From contig JAANOX010000238.1 in the NCBI GenBank assembly GCA_020184695.1, positions 186,001-250,000 of the forward strand: 64,000 bases of DNA. Reading direction: 5' to 3'. Source of the stretch: Histomonas meleagridis 2922-C6/04-290x (Eukaryota > Protista > Parabasalia). The notes beneath the pieces are model-generated. The model saw only the letters and a list, made by a program, of their open reading frames with translations. It searched no databases and had not been told where the DNA came from. Positions within the stretch are counted from its first letter, which is position 1, and each line of letters opens with the position of its first letter. Both the position numbers and the translations under genes were made by a program. Positions 20,023 to 31,193 of this stretch are shown here, piece by piece.

Positions 20023-22126
20023 AACACATTCAAGAGGTACTTCAACTCTAAATTCCTCAATAGTTTTTCGTTGAAAATCAAAATATATGGGCAACTTCGG
20101 GTGTTTAGTATAAATATAAATTTTTGAGCAATTTCGACTGCTGAATTTTGAGATCTCGATCTGATCAATTTTTCTCTTTTTTCTAAAATCCTTCAAAATA
20201 ATAAAACCCTTCAATGTCTCCAATGTAAATATCAAAAAATTTGCTTGATTGTTATTCAATATTTGGAGAAAAAGTGAAAATACGTGAAAAAATTAAACAT
20301 TTAAATGTTAATTCGGATGAATTCTAATATATCGAGTAGCGACGTGATTTTATTTTATATATATTAATATAAGTGATATTTTTTTCATAAATACATATTT
20401 TTGAGTATTATTTAAATTGTTAAGAATGAGAAATTTTTGTTTCAAAATAAGGTTAAGTGACAAATTAAGGTATGATTTTATCTATTTTTTTTATGCAATG
20501 TTATTATAAATTGCATTGCATAATAATAATTTACTTTTCTATTTCTTTGAAATGCCTAGGTATTTTTGTTAAATCTCAGATGAGATGATGAAAACAAACT
20601 CTTTTTCGATTTTTCATTATTTCTATAAATTCTTCGATAAATATCTTCTAAATCCAATTATATTAATTATTCAAGTAAGTAAAATTGAATTTTATGTCTT
20701 ATTAAAATATATTGGCATAATCCAAATATATTATCATTTTTAATTTTGTTATAACATTGCGCGGTTATATAACCCGCCCCTGTTTCTTCCTGTTTGCCGA
20801 CCAATTAATGATAGAAATAAACATAAAAAACATAAAATTAATATATTTTTATGTACATAAAATTGAGTACTTTCCTCGAAATAATCTATTCTAGTAAATG
20901 TATGTAATATATATTTAATATATATCAAATTATATAAATAAATTTACCAATTCCATTTTCAAGAAAATTTAAATATGATACAAAAAGGTATCGTCTTTAT
21001 CAAAAAGTCATCATTTTTTGAGTTTTCAAAATGGAGTGTTATTTAACAAAACACTTAAAAAAAAAGCACAAATTCAAAAAAACTAGCAGTTGAATTCAAA
21101 TAAAAATCTAAGCATAAATAGAAGACTTATAATATTTTAATTTTTGCTTGGTCACATTAAAAATCTATTAACGAATTTTTATTATCGGTCAAATATTTTT
21201 TTAAAAAATGAACAATTTTTTATAAAAAATTAAAAAATGAAAATTTCTCGGCAAAAGTTTGTTTATAAAATCATTTATATTTAATTTTCATCATATTGTG
21301 TTATAATCAAATTGAAAAAATGTTCAAAAAAAACATAAAATATGTCTGATCATTTATTATTTTTATCGATAAAAATAAAAATTCATTATTTTCTAATATA
21401 TAATACGATGACATAAAAGAATTTGATTGTTTTGGTTGTTGTATTATTATTTTTATTATTTATTGCAAAAAATGAATATTTTGAAAATTATGTCACTTTT
21501 TTGATAATAAAATTTTTTTATTTTCATTTTTCAATTAAATTTATTTATATAATTCATAAAACAAGGATTCTAAGTTGTGCTAAAAATAAATATCTAAAAT
21601 AAACCAGGTCGCCACTTTATATAATTTTTTGCATCAATTTTTAAAAAAATGGGAGAAAAAAATGAAAAATTTGAATGAATTTTATTTCCTGGTAGGTTTC
21701 AGGTTCTCAAATCAATACAATATAAAATTCACCATAAATTAATTATGAATGACTGGAAAATATAAATCTTTTAAAAAAATTGATTTAAAAAATATATTCC
21801 ATGAGTTTATAAATTTTTTCGATTTAAAATAAAATTATTGTATAAATCATGGAATGCTTACATATGGAATGAAGAAAGAAGATAAAAAATCTGTTTTTTG
21901 GGAGTTGAAGTACCTCTTTTCAAACAAAAAATAACTTTTGAGTTAAATATCTTATGTCAAATTTTTTTGAATGTGAGAGGTACATTCATAATGTTATTTA
22001 TTAATGTTCTAAACGTAAGCTATTCACTTCAGTTAATCTCCATCCGGATTTTAACTGCAGATGCAACTGAATTTTAACCCCCTGAAGAAACACAGACGTT
22101 TAAATTTAATCGGTGTTTAAATTGAA

Positions 22127-22591
22127 TTGAATTTGGCTGTTTGCTTTTTCCTTTTGAGTTTAATTTTTGCCACCAAAACCATGCAAGTTGAAAGTAATGA
22201 CATAGTCGAAATACGCAGCCTTTTCTCTGATATCGAAAAGGAAATAGAAATGTATGAACAGGAAAAAAAAGATAAAATTCAGCAACAATTAATCATTGAG
22301 TATCGATCCGTTTTAAAAGATATATTTAAAGATCAAACAATAGAATCGCTTACTGTAAATGAAGGCGAAAATGAAATAATTCAAAGAATTTGTCAAATTG
22401 TAAAAAAGTGGAAAAAGAAACCCGGAAATATTCCCGAGCTTCGCTTTAAAGCAATTAAACTTTCACAAGAACTAGGCCTCAAGATTACAACAGCAACAAG
22501 AAATCACAGAGAAACACTATTAAAGTGGTACCAACTTTACTGGGATGAAATTATTCCTTTCTTGGATAAAGTGGAAAAAACAGATGAATAA
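22127..22591 (+). CDS. Hypothetical protein (small parabasalid-type family, ...RNHRETLLKWYQLYWDEI...)
   Basis: Intact ORF; the true ATG is probably 22181 (MQVESN). Confidence 0.55.
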   Translation: MNLAVCFFLLSLIFATKTMQVESNDIVEIRSLFSDIEKEIEMYEQEKKDKIQQQLIIEYRSVLKDIFKDQTIESLTVNEGENEIIQRICQIVKKWKKKPGNIPELRFKAIKLSQELGLKITTATRNHRETLLKWYQLYWDEIIPFLDKVEKTDE

Positions 22592-22878
22592 GTGTCAAAT
22601 TATCAGATGTTACAATAAAACATTTTTCAAAACATGTTTTGAATTCACAAATCCCTTCATTAAGAGATTTTTCGGTTTTTATAAAATTAATATAATGATA
22701 GGCTTTTAGCTGAAATTGTTTTAAGCTTTTTTGGTTCAAGACTTACTTAGGCTAATTGTTTGAATGATTCATTTGGATTTTTTTTTTAAAATGATTAGTT
22801 ATTAGAAAAAAGGAAAATATAAAATAAATATAGCTTTGCGTGTTGTAACACTAAAATTCATTTTTTATGCAAAAAATT

Positions 22879-23859
22879 TTATTTAAAACAATATTTTGTT
22901 TCGAATTCTTTTCCATTTACTGAAAAAGAAATCTCGAATTTTTGATTTGATGGATTGCTAAAGTTTGGACTTAATCGAAACACTCCCTTTATTACATCAC
23001 CTGGTTCTACATTCACAGGTTCCTTTAAATAAAATATGGTTTGATCCCAATGTGTTTTCTTGCTGAATGGAGATGTTGAAAATTCAATTGTTGTTTGCTT
23101 ACCAACAAACATAACATCAAACCACATTACAAAAGCATGCATAGTCTCTTTTCTACAAATTTTAAGGGAAAATTCAGAATTTACATTAAAATCATCAAGT
23201 GAACAATTTCTTAGATCGAACTCCGCAATTTTATATGAATCACTAATGACATTTTTTTGAAAACAAATATCGATATATGGTTCAAGAAAGACAAGGTCCA
23301 ATAAAGAATTAAAGGAAAACCCGTAAGCGCTTTTGTAAAAGCCAAATCTTTCTTCATAATATTTTTTATCTTCCATTGCTGACATATATAAAAATGCTTT
23401 TGTAGGAAAAATTGTTCCATCTGGCTTGAGATATCGGTTTCTTGCTAAAATGACAGAAGGAAGAATTGTGTCGTAAAGAAGACAATCACTTATCCAATTG
23501 CTTATTATTAAATCAACTTTTTCTGGAATAATAATAGACTCTATTTCTCCTTCAAGTAGTTCAATCTTATGAGAAAGATTATTAACTTCAATAATTTTCT
23601 TTGTATACTTACTAATAGAAGATTGTTCAATTGAATATACTTTTTTAGCTCCAAATTTTGCTGCAAAAAGAGATAAAATTCCGGTGCCACATCCTACATC
23701 AAGTACAACTTTACCATAAAACACAGATGGATTCATAATTATAGCATTTCTAAAAGCACTTACATGAATTTTATCCCTCAAAAATTCTTCATGGAAACTA
23801 AAATGAGAGTATTTGTTGTAATAATAGTCACATGATTGTTCTTCTTTTGTTTTTTCCAT
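22879..23859 (-). CDS. Protein arginine N-methyltransferase (PRMT1-like)
   Basis: VLDVGCGTGILSLFAAKFGAKKVYSIE, KVDLIISNW, THWDQT. Confidence 0.92.
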   Translation of the reverse strand: MEKTKEEQSCDYYYNKYSHFSFHEEFLRDKIHVSAFRNAIIMNPSVFYGKVVLDVGCGTGILSLFAAKFGAKKVYSIEQSSISKYTKKIIEVNNLSHKIELLEGEIESIIIPEKVDLIISNWISDCLLYDTILPSVILARNRYLKPDGTIFPTKAFLYMSAMEDKKYYEERFGFYKSAYGFSFNSLLDLVFLEPYIDICFQKNVISDSYKIAEFDLRNCSLDDFNVNSEFSLKICRKETMHAFVMWFDVMFVGKQTTIEFSTSPFSKKTHWDQTIFYLKEPVNVEPGDVIKGVFRLSPNFSNPSNQKFEISFSVNGKEFETKYCFK

Positions 23860-23909
23860 TTTTTGCCGAGATTTTCACATAACAAGTCAATAACAAAAAA
23901 AAATAAGTT

Positions 23910-24277
23910 TTATTGTGCATAATATATTGGTCCAGGCCTAATTTCTGGCGGTACCGGCATTGTTGGTTCGAAGTTCGGCATTTGCTGCTGGAATCTTGGA
24001 TCAATTCCTTGCATTTGCTGAATCGGTGGTTCACATGGAGAAGCTTTTATTGAGCGTCCACCTAAAGAAATGTGGTTTAATTGGTTTACTGCTTCATAAG
24101 CATCTTGTAGTGATGGAAACCCCAAAAAACAAAATCCTTGGTAAAGATTTTCACCACCAGCAAACTCAATAAAACGAACAGCTCTTAATAGTTCCTCTAA
24201 GTTAGAATGAAAAAAAACTGAATTTGTTGTGGGTTCACATCAAAAGGAAGGTTTGAAACCCTTACCCACGCAAGCAT
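23910..24277 (-). CDS. RRM RNA-binding protein (apparent 1-nt frameshift in a T-run)
   Basis: MLAWVRVSNLPFDVNPQQIQFF (RNP2); adding one T to the T8 run near 24210 gives HSNLEELL...QGFCFLGF (RNP1) ...LGGRSIKAS. Confidence 0.75.
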
Positions 24278-24433
24278 TTTAGTTAAAGTTTCTACTTAAA
24301 CGAGAGCACTTTTCCTATTTTAAAAAGTTTCTATCCAAGGGCGCTCTAAAATAACGTTCTCCATCAATTCAACAAATTATTAAAAATATAATTTGATAAT
24401 GTTTTCCAACAAATTTTTATTTATGAACAACAT

Positions 24434-25873
24434 TTAGTAAAAAGGTTTCCTAGATCTTAAACTTACAACTGTTTTTTCCCGCATTCCTTTTTTGTTTGTT
24501 TTTGCTTTGTATTCTTCCAAATCCGGCTTACTTGACTCTGCTTGTCTAATTTTCTTCAAGAGCATTTCTCTATTTATATCTGTTGTTTTAGGTTGTATTG
24601 CCAAATCATCGAACACATCAATTTCCAAAGCATCGATAAACTTGACGCCATTAAATTCGAAATCGTAACCATTTTCGTCTCTAAACTCATATAAAAGTTG
24701 CAAAAGCTTCTTTTGAAGCTTTGGAAGTTGTTCTATTTCTTTTCTTCTTTTTCTTTCTTCTTCTATCATTTGTTTTGCCGAAGAAATTTTTTGTGTTTTC
24801 GAAATTATATTTTTGTTCTTTAATGTGTCTTTAATTCGCTCTATTTGTGTAATTAATTCGATGATTGGCTGTGATTTGATTCTTTGCTGATTTAATTCGT
24901 CGTATTTCTTACGTAAATAAACAACTTCTTCTTCAATCGATGTATTCCCTTTAAGTTTCGGTCTGTTTCGATTCGGTACTCTTAAATCATCACAAAGTCG
25001 AATGATTTCTTTACGCAATGCTTTGGCAACTTGTGGTAAGCGTGAATCTTGTTGATCTTGAAGAAACGAAACTTCGTTTTTGAGTGTTTTAATTACGTCA
25101 ATTGATAAATCTGTGGGAAATTCAATTTGATCATTTTTATCAATCGCTAAAATGACATAAAGATATTGGATCTGTTCAATGAGTTCTTGTATCTGTTGAC
25201 TTCGTTCTTCTTTCGTTTGCTCTAATTTATTTAAAGCTTCGTTAAGAATCGAAATATTAGAATCTGAAAAAATTTCGTTTTCGAAGATTTGCTGTATATC
25301 AGTGGGAATTTCTTCATTAAGTTGATCGCATATATCAATAATATGTTTTTTGTTTGAGTAAAATAATTTTTTGTTTTGATCTTTTGTATCTTTAAGATTT
25401 GAAATCCGTCGATAATATCGTTGAAGTCTTTCTTTGGTTAAATCTGTGTCACCTACATAAGCAAGGTCATCTTTTTCTTCTTCTGTAAATCCTAATTTTT
25501 GGAATAATTTATCAATTTTGATTTGAACATTATTAAATTTTTGAATCCTTGTTTGATATTTTGCTTCGAGATCTTCAATGGCTTTTTTTGTTTGCTTAAT
25601 TTGATGTTTTAATGAGCCAGAAAATCTTGGACATTTTAAATTTTCGCCAAAAGCAAATTGTCGTTGTTCGTATGCATCTTGGAGATTACTTAATTTTTCC
25701 TTGATTTTTTCTTTTCTTTCGGTAGCCTCTTTGATAAAATTTTGGTATGATTGATTGAGTACCAAATTTAACTTTTTTATTTCTTTTACTTGCTCTTCTT
25801 CTGAATATCCGATTGCTTTCCATGTACTTATTAATGAAGGATCAATTTTGAATTTAATCAAAGAATCCTCCAT
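24434..25873 (-). CDS. Ase1/PRC1/MAP65 microtubule-bundling protein
   Basis: N-terminal W..IGY.EEE, coiled coils, and conserved EEE.KR..IEQLPKL.KKL...L.EF..ENG..F.FNG core. Confidence 0.8.
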   Translation of the reverse strand: MEDSLIKFKIDPSLISTWKAIGYSEEEQVKEIKKLNLVLNQSYQNFIKEATERKEKIKEKLSNLQDAYEQRQFAFGENLKCPRFSGSLKHQIKQTKKAIEDLEAKYQTRIQKFNNVQIKIDKLFQKLGFTEEEKDDLAYVGDTDLTKERLQRYYRRISNLKDTKDQNKKLFYSNKKHIIDICDQLNEEIPTDIQQIFENEIFSDSNISILNEALNKLEQTKEERSQQIQELIEQIQYLYVILAIDKNDQIEFPTDLSIDVIKTLKNEVSFLQDQQDSRLPQVAKALRKEIIRLCDDLRVPNRNRPKLKGNTSIEEEVVYLRKKYDELNQQRIKSQPIIELITQIERIKDTLKNKNIISKTQKISSAKQMIEEERKRRKEIEQLPKLQKKLLQLLYEFRDENGYDFEFNGVKFIDALEIDVFDDLAIQPKTTDINREMLLKKIRQAESSKPDLEEYKAKTNKKGMREKTVVSLRSRKPFY

Positions 25874-25967
25874 AAAGAAGAGAAGGAAAAAGGATTGGTA
25901 TAACGGTCGTTATTAGACTACTTAACGTACAAACAATAGGGGTGGAGTAAACCGTTTATACTTTTTT

Positions 25968-28574
25968 GTGATCTCTACGATCAGCTTTTGGGGCGCCTCA
26001 ATTGTATTTGGAAGAATGATCTCAGTAAAAGAAAAGGAAATAATTAGAATTCAAGAAACAAATTCTTCCAAAGGATACACTTCATCATACTTTAAAATTG
26101 GGAGATCTTCTTTTTATTTAATTTATAAAAATACAGAAGTATTATTATTCCTATGTTCTTCATCATGTATTAGCGATAGAGATCCCAAAGCGTTTTTTGT
26201 CGAAATAAAATCCCAAAATGTATTTTTATCAGTCGTAAAATTTTCAAAATCCCAACCATTCTGCAGAATCGAAAATGTTTCTTTACCATTTACTATCCGA
26301 ATATGGAGTAAAAATCCTAACAAAGTTCCTTATGTTGGGATTACTAATGTTTTTGCAACATGTTACATTGCGTCAGCAATTCAATTTTTATCCAGAGTTA
26401 CACCTTTTGTTGACCTAATTCTTAAGCAAACACCAGAGCCGGATACAACATGCAGTGAACTTCAAGAACTTTTTATTAATTCTGCAAAAGCAGAATCACC
26501 ACTTAAAATCAGAAAATTTGTTTCAACCTTTGGAAAAGGCGCATCTCAAATGCTTTTTCAAGAACACGATGCACACGAATTCATCCTAACGTTATTTGAC
26601 AAATTAGACAAAGATTTAGGAAAAGAATTTGAAAAATTAAGAAACGAAATTTTTGGTGTTATTGGAACACGTACCATCGAATGTGAATCTGTGGACATCA
26701 AAAGTTCATCAGAAGAGCTTGCAAGTGATATTGAACTTCAAATTCTTGGATTTTCAAATATGATTGATTCTCTCAAAAGTCTCACAGAATCTGAGCCACT
26801 TAAGGGAGACAATCAATGGGATACTGGAACAGAGCATGGAAAGCAAGATGCGGTTCGTTATTTTCTTTACAAGCAGCTTCCACCATTTTTAACATTTCAT
26901 CTTTGTCGATATGCATATATCCCATCTTCTCAAAATTGCGAAGAGGTAACAACAGCATTTGATTGTCCAGAGACGATTGATATGAAACCTTTTTGTATCC
27001 CTGAATATAACGGGCCAACAAAATATGTTTTAATGAATGTTATTGCGCATAGAGGTAGTATGCAATCAGGGCACTATGTAACATACTCCCAACCTAAGCT
27101 TGATGGAAATTGGTATCTGTTTAATGATTCTGTAGTTTCTCAAACAACTCACGAAAAAGTGCGTGACACTTTTTCTGGAAGCGGTGGATTTTTTTCAATG
27201 ATTTACTCATTCTTCTCTGCAAGTGATTTTATTGCTTACTTAGTTGGATATGTAAGAGAAGATTGGATTCCTAAATTCAAAAAAGGACCTACGTTACCTG
27301 CATCAATTGCTCCTCATATGTCAGATAAGCATCAAGCAAAAATTGTTTATTCAAAAGATGTAACAAGCTATCATATTTATGATAGTGGAAAACAAGTTGA
27401 ATGGGAAGATGATGATAAGACATTTGATGATTTATTCGAAGAAAAAGATGTTGATATATTCATTGAAATTCCTTATCAACATAATCTAATTGGTCCTATC
27501 AACAGAAACGAAAGAGCTTCTGCATATACTATTCCTGGATTTCTTACAACTTTTATTGCCATTCCCAACGATCAATCAACAGATCCTATCTTTTTCATTA
27601 AAGATAATACGTATGCAGGTGCATTTAACAAAAACGAAGTTATTCAGAAATTTGATCAAGAATATCAATTTCGAGTCGATGGTATTCCAATCGAAAACGT
27701 AAACGGTCTCCCACTGGGGACCGTTATTTTTGGGGTACCCCTAAAGCCGATAAAGCTTACGATATCAAAAGTAGAATATGAAGTATCACCATGTACAACA
27801 TATGAAGAACTTCAATCAATGATTGATCCAACACACCCAGAAAATATTCTCTTTTATAGTGGTCATACAGAACTTCTCCCTAAAGAATATCCTACTGCTC
27901 TTCAGCTCCATATGATGGGACCGTTAACTTTTGAACGGTTTGAAGCGACCGTTAATTCTTTAGATTTATATTTACAACTTACGCTTAATTTATATGATTT
28001 AAATCATGTTCAACATAATAAATCATGCCTATGGATCAAGAAAGGCTCAACTATTACTGACTTAATTCAACGTATACCAAATTGGTTTAATCTTAAAACA
28101 GATAAATCATTACATTTTAACATATCAAAAGCAACGCCTTATGGCATCTCTAGTATAATGAATTCGGCTGACATTGTTACGTCAAATAATTTACGAGTTG
28201 ATATCCTTAAATGTAATGTTCCCTTAACAACTCGTGAAATTACAGATGAGCTTGAAGAGAATAACCTGTCAGCGATAGAAGTCCGAAAGTGTATTTACGA
28301 GGGGCAACTCCTAAGAATGAGTACGCTTGGGTTCTTCATGGCAACAAGCATAACAACCGCCAAGTCAATTGCCAAAAGTGCCATATCAAGCAAACCGATA
28401 AAATTTCTGATAACTCAAAGGGGAACGTTTATGGGCGGTTATCAAATTGAGGGAAATTACCCAATATCAGAGCTTATGCAGAAGCTGCTTGAAAAAAGAG
28501 GTTGGGCTGATGAAAGGCCAATTTTGTTGTTACAAATGAACGAACCGAAAATAGATGAAAATTGTGATGAATAA
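25968..28574 (+). CDS. Ubiquitin-specific protease (C19 family, USP7-like architecture)
   Basis: Cys box YVGITNVFATCYIASAIQ, QEHDAHEF, His box HRGSMQSGHY, WYLFND. Exact start uncertain. Confidence 0.88.
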   Translation: MISTISFWGASIVFGRMISVKEKEIIRIQETNSSKGYTSSYFKIGRSSFYLIYKNTEVLLFLCSSSCISDRDPKAFFVEIKSQNVFLSVVKFSKSQPFCRIENVSLPFTIRIWSKNPNKVPYVGITNVFATCYIASAIQFLSRVTPFVDLILKQTPEPDTTCSELQELFINSAKAESPLKIRKFVSTFGKGASQMLFQEHDAHEFILTLFDKLDKDLGKEFEKLRNEIFGVIGTRTIECESVDIKSSSEELASDIELQILGFSNMIDSLKSLTESEPLKGDNQWDTGTEHGKQDAVRYFLYKQLPPFLTFHLCRYAYIPSSQNCEEVTTAFDCPETIDMKPFCIPEYNGPTKYVLMNVIAHRGSMQSGHYVTYSQPKLDGNWYLFNDSVVSQTTHEKVRDTFSGSGGFFSMIYSFFSASDFIAYLVGYVREDWIPKFKKGPTLPASIAPHMSDKHQAKIVYSKDVTSYHIYDSGKQVEWEDDDKTFDDLFEEKDVDIFIEIPYQHNLIGPINRNERASAYTIPGFLTTFIAIPNDQSTDPIFFIKDNTYAGAFNKNEVIQKFDQEYQFRVDGIPIENVNGLPLGTVIFGVPLKPIKLTISKVEYEVSPCTTYEELQSMIDPTHPENILFYSGHTELLPKEYPTALQLHMMGPLTFERFEATVNSLDLYLQLTLNLYDLNHVQHNKSCLWIKKGSTITDLIQRIPNWFNLKTDKSLHFNISKATPYGISSIMNSADIVTSNNLRVDILKCNVPLTTREITDELEENNLSAIEVRKCIYEGQLLRMSTLGFFMATSITTAKSIAKSAISSKPIKFLITQRGTFMGGYQIEGNYPISELMQKLLEKRGWADERPILLLQMNEPKIDENCDE

Positions 28575-28699
28575 GTAAAATAGTAATTGGAAATTGATGT
28601 ATTTTATTAAGAATTCGATTTATATTCATTGATGTTTCTATGTTTAATTGATGGTTTTTCAATTTCATTACATAATATTATGTCTCCTCTATTTATTAT

Positions 28700-28960
28700 C
28701 ATGAGAGAATCAATTCCTTCGTAATATGCAACATTTCAACTTACAGTAATAATCTGATTATTTCTGTATAACCACTTGAAGATGTTTTCATAAGTGCTGT
28801 ACTAAATAATTTAAATAATTTTCGAATATTATTTTGAAATATAAAATTATTGAAATAAATATAAAATAAAACAAATAAATATTTTTGGCATTAACATCAA
28901 TTCCTTTTTGTTCGAGAAGTAAATAAAACATATTAATGCTAAAAATATTTAATTGTTTTC
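28700..28960 (-). pseudogene. Isolated ankyrin-repeat fragment with AT-rich insert
   Basis: LLLEQKGIDVNAKNIY-[insert]-FSTALMKTSSSGYTEIIRLL. Confidence 0.7.
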
Positions 28961-29066
28961 TTCGATTATTTCGGAACGAAACATCACTTAGTGACGAAGA
29001 ACTCAATGAAGTTCATTTTTTTCGTAACAAAAACGTCAATTTGTATACAGTTTCTTTAGAATCAAA

Positions 29067-30323
29067 TCAAGAGAAGTAGTTCAAGAACTTCTTTTTCTTT
29101 GCCTGCACCTGTGCTATTCCCTCCACGTAATCCTCGTGCGATATCACGTCCGCGTTTCTTCTCAATGCGACCATTCCCGCCTCCACGCACACAGCCTTCA
29201 GCATCGCGCCATTAAAGTCCTCTGTACTTCGCGCGATTTCCCGAAAGTTAACGTTCTCGTCTGTTTTCATGTTCTTCGAATGGATTTCCAAAATTTGCAC
29301 TCGCGCGTCCTCATTCGGCATTGGCAACTCGATTTTCCTGTCCAGCCTTCCGGACCTGAGCAACGCCGGATCGAGTACGTCGGGCCGATTGGTGGCGCAG
29401 ATGACTTTGACATTGTCCAATGATGTGAATCCATCAAGTTGATTCAGAAGCTCCAACATCGTTCGCGAGACTTCTCGTTCGCCGGTGATGTTATCAGAGT
29501 CATTACGCTTGCCGCCGACTGCGTCGATTTCATCGATGAAGATAATTGTCGGCGCTTTACTTCGCGCTAATTCAAACGCTTCACGAACAATCTTCGCACC
29601 TTCCCCAACATACTTTTGGACAAGCTGTGGGCCTGCTAAACGTAAAAACGTGGAATTGGTGTTTGCAGCACACGCACGCGCTAACATTGTTTTGCCTGTG
29701 CCGGGTGGGCCATATAATAGGACACCTTTGGGTGCTTGAATTCCAATCTTTTTAAGACGCTCGGGCTCCATCAATGGTAATACAATTGCTTCTTTGAGTT
29801 CTTGGATTTGTTTGTCTAATCCACCACATTGCTCATATGTTTCGGTTGGCTTGGAATCAACTTCCATGGCTTTAACACGAGAGTCGTAATGTGGTGGAAG
29901 CTTCTCGTAGATTGTATATGTGTCGCGACTGACTGCAACTAATTCTGAAGGTTCAAGATCTGCTGCTTTAAGTAAACCTGATATTGGAAGGAAGACCGTT
30001 TCACGTCGAGAAGTCTTAATGACGGCTGATAATTCTTCCCCAGATCCTTGATAAATATCTTCATCATCTCCTTCAACAAGTTTGAGAGTTTCCACAACAG
30101 AGGATATAAGATAAGGGGTTTGCTTCAAACGTGAAATGATCTCCTTATTTTGTTTAGCATGCTCTTCAAGTTCTTTACGTTTATTGGTTAATGAGGATAA
30201 TGTACGTTCTGAAATTCTAATGTTGTTCTCAAGTAGCTGTGTGTTGTACTTGATTTCTGAAACAGATTTTTGTGACATTTCATTGATTAATTCTTGATCA
30301 ACTTCGACTTCTTCGTTAGTCAT
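29067..30323 (-). CDS. RPT5: 26S proteasome regulatory ATPase subunit 6A
   Basis: [54 protein letters not shown]-like [19 protein letters not shown]. Confidence 0.93.
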   Translation of the reverse strand: MTNEEVEVDQELINEMSQKSVSEIKYNTQLLENNIRISERTLSSLTNKRKELEEHAKQNKEIISRLKQTPYLISSVVETLKLVEGDDEDIYQGSGEELSAVIKTSRRETVFLPISGLLKAADLEPSELVAVSRDTYTIYEKLPPHYDSRVKAMEVDSKPTETYEQCGGLDKQIQELKEAIVLPLMEPERLKKIGIQAPKGVLLYGPPGTGKTMLARACAANTNSTFLRLAGPQLVQKYVGEGAKIVREAFELARSKAPTIIFIDEIDAVGGKRNDSDNITGEREVSRTMLELLNQLDGFTSLDNVKVICATNRPDVLDPALLRSGRLDRKIELPMPNEDARVQILEIHSKNMKTDENVNFREIARSTEDFNGAMLKAVCVEAGMVALRRNADVISHEDYVEGIAQVQAKKKKFLNYFS

Positions 30324-30589
30324 GAAAATATGGAATTGACTAACTTTGTTTCATTTATAGTTGGCCAATTAAAGAAACCGTTAAATATTTTTTGAATGCA
30401 TTTTTAACGTTATTATTATCAAAACATTTCTTTTTTTCTGCATTTAGATGTGTTGGCCACTCAGATGTTATTTTATGGAAATATCACAATATCTGGAATC
30501 CTAAAAATATTTTTATACAAATTATTACAATGTTTGGTAATTTCATTCATGATGTGTTTTATATTTCTGCTGAGGATTGTATCAACATG

Positions 30590-30870
30590 AAAAAACCTTT
30601 TATTGGAGAGGATTGTAGCATCCTTTAATGGTTATATTGAAATATTTAAATTACTTCTTGAAAAAGAAGGAATTGATATTAATGCTGAAGTAATTTATAT
30701 TAATTATCTGATATTTCAAAATAATATTTAGAAATTATTTAAATTTTTTGATTCAGCACTTATAAAAGCATCTTTATATGGTCGTACAGAAATCGTTAAA
30801 TTACTTCTTGAAAAATAGAATATTGATACTGATGCTAAAAATATTTTTTTGTTTTATTTAAAATTAGCTG
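30590..30870 (+). pseudogene. Isolated ankyrin-repeat fragment with AT-rich insert
   Basis: GYIEIFKLLLEKEGIDINAE-[insert]-SALIKASLYGRTEIVKLLLEK*NIDTDAKN. Confidence 0.7.
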
Positions 30871-31193
30871 ATAAATTTGGTGAAAAAAACATGAAAAATG
30901 CAGCACAGCATATTATTTCATTTAATGACACCAAAAAATTATTTAATATTCCTAAGATGTTTATAGAATTTTTTACTTTTAAAGTTTAATGGAAGTCTAT
31001 AGAGTGCATATAATCATTATCAGTCATATAAAAAAAATATTTGTTCTTGAGTCGAAATACAATGTCAATAATACGTACTGTGACGCGAAATTCCTTAAAT
31101 CCTCAAGCACGACAAACTTAACAATGTCAACTTGTTAACATAAAATTTAAAATTAAATTATAAAAAGTATAGATCGCAAATTTATATTATTAT

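Noticed and set aside
19846-20259. 137-aa ORF as a genuine chimeric gene
   Set aside because: Only its last 60 or so codons are capsid-derived; the upstream part has a non-ATG start and no homology I can support.
20758-20785. Near-palindrome GCGGTTATATAACCCGC in an AT-rich gap
   Set aside because: Single imperfect occurrence with no second copy or associated feature.
29136-29755. Plus-strand ORFs antisense to RPT5 (and similar short antisense ORFs in USP, DDX42-like, CYFIP and Fused genes)
   Set aside because: Expected shadows of real genes in GC-richer stretches; no independent features.
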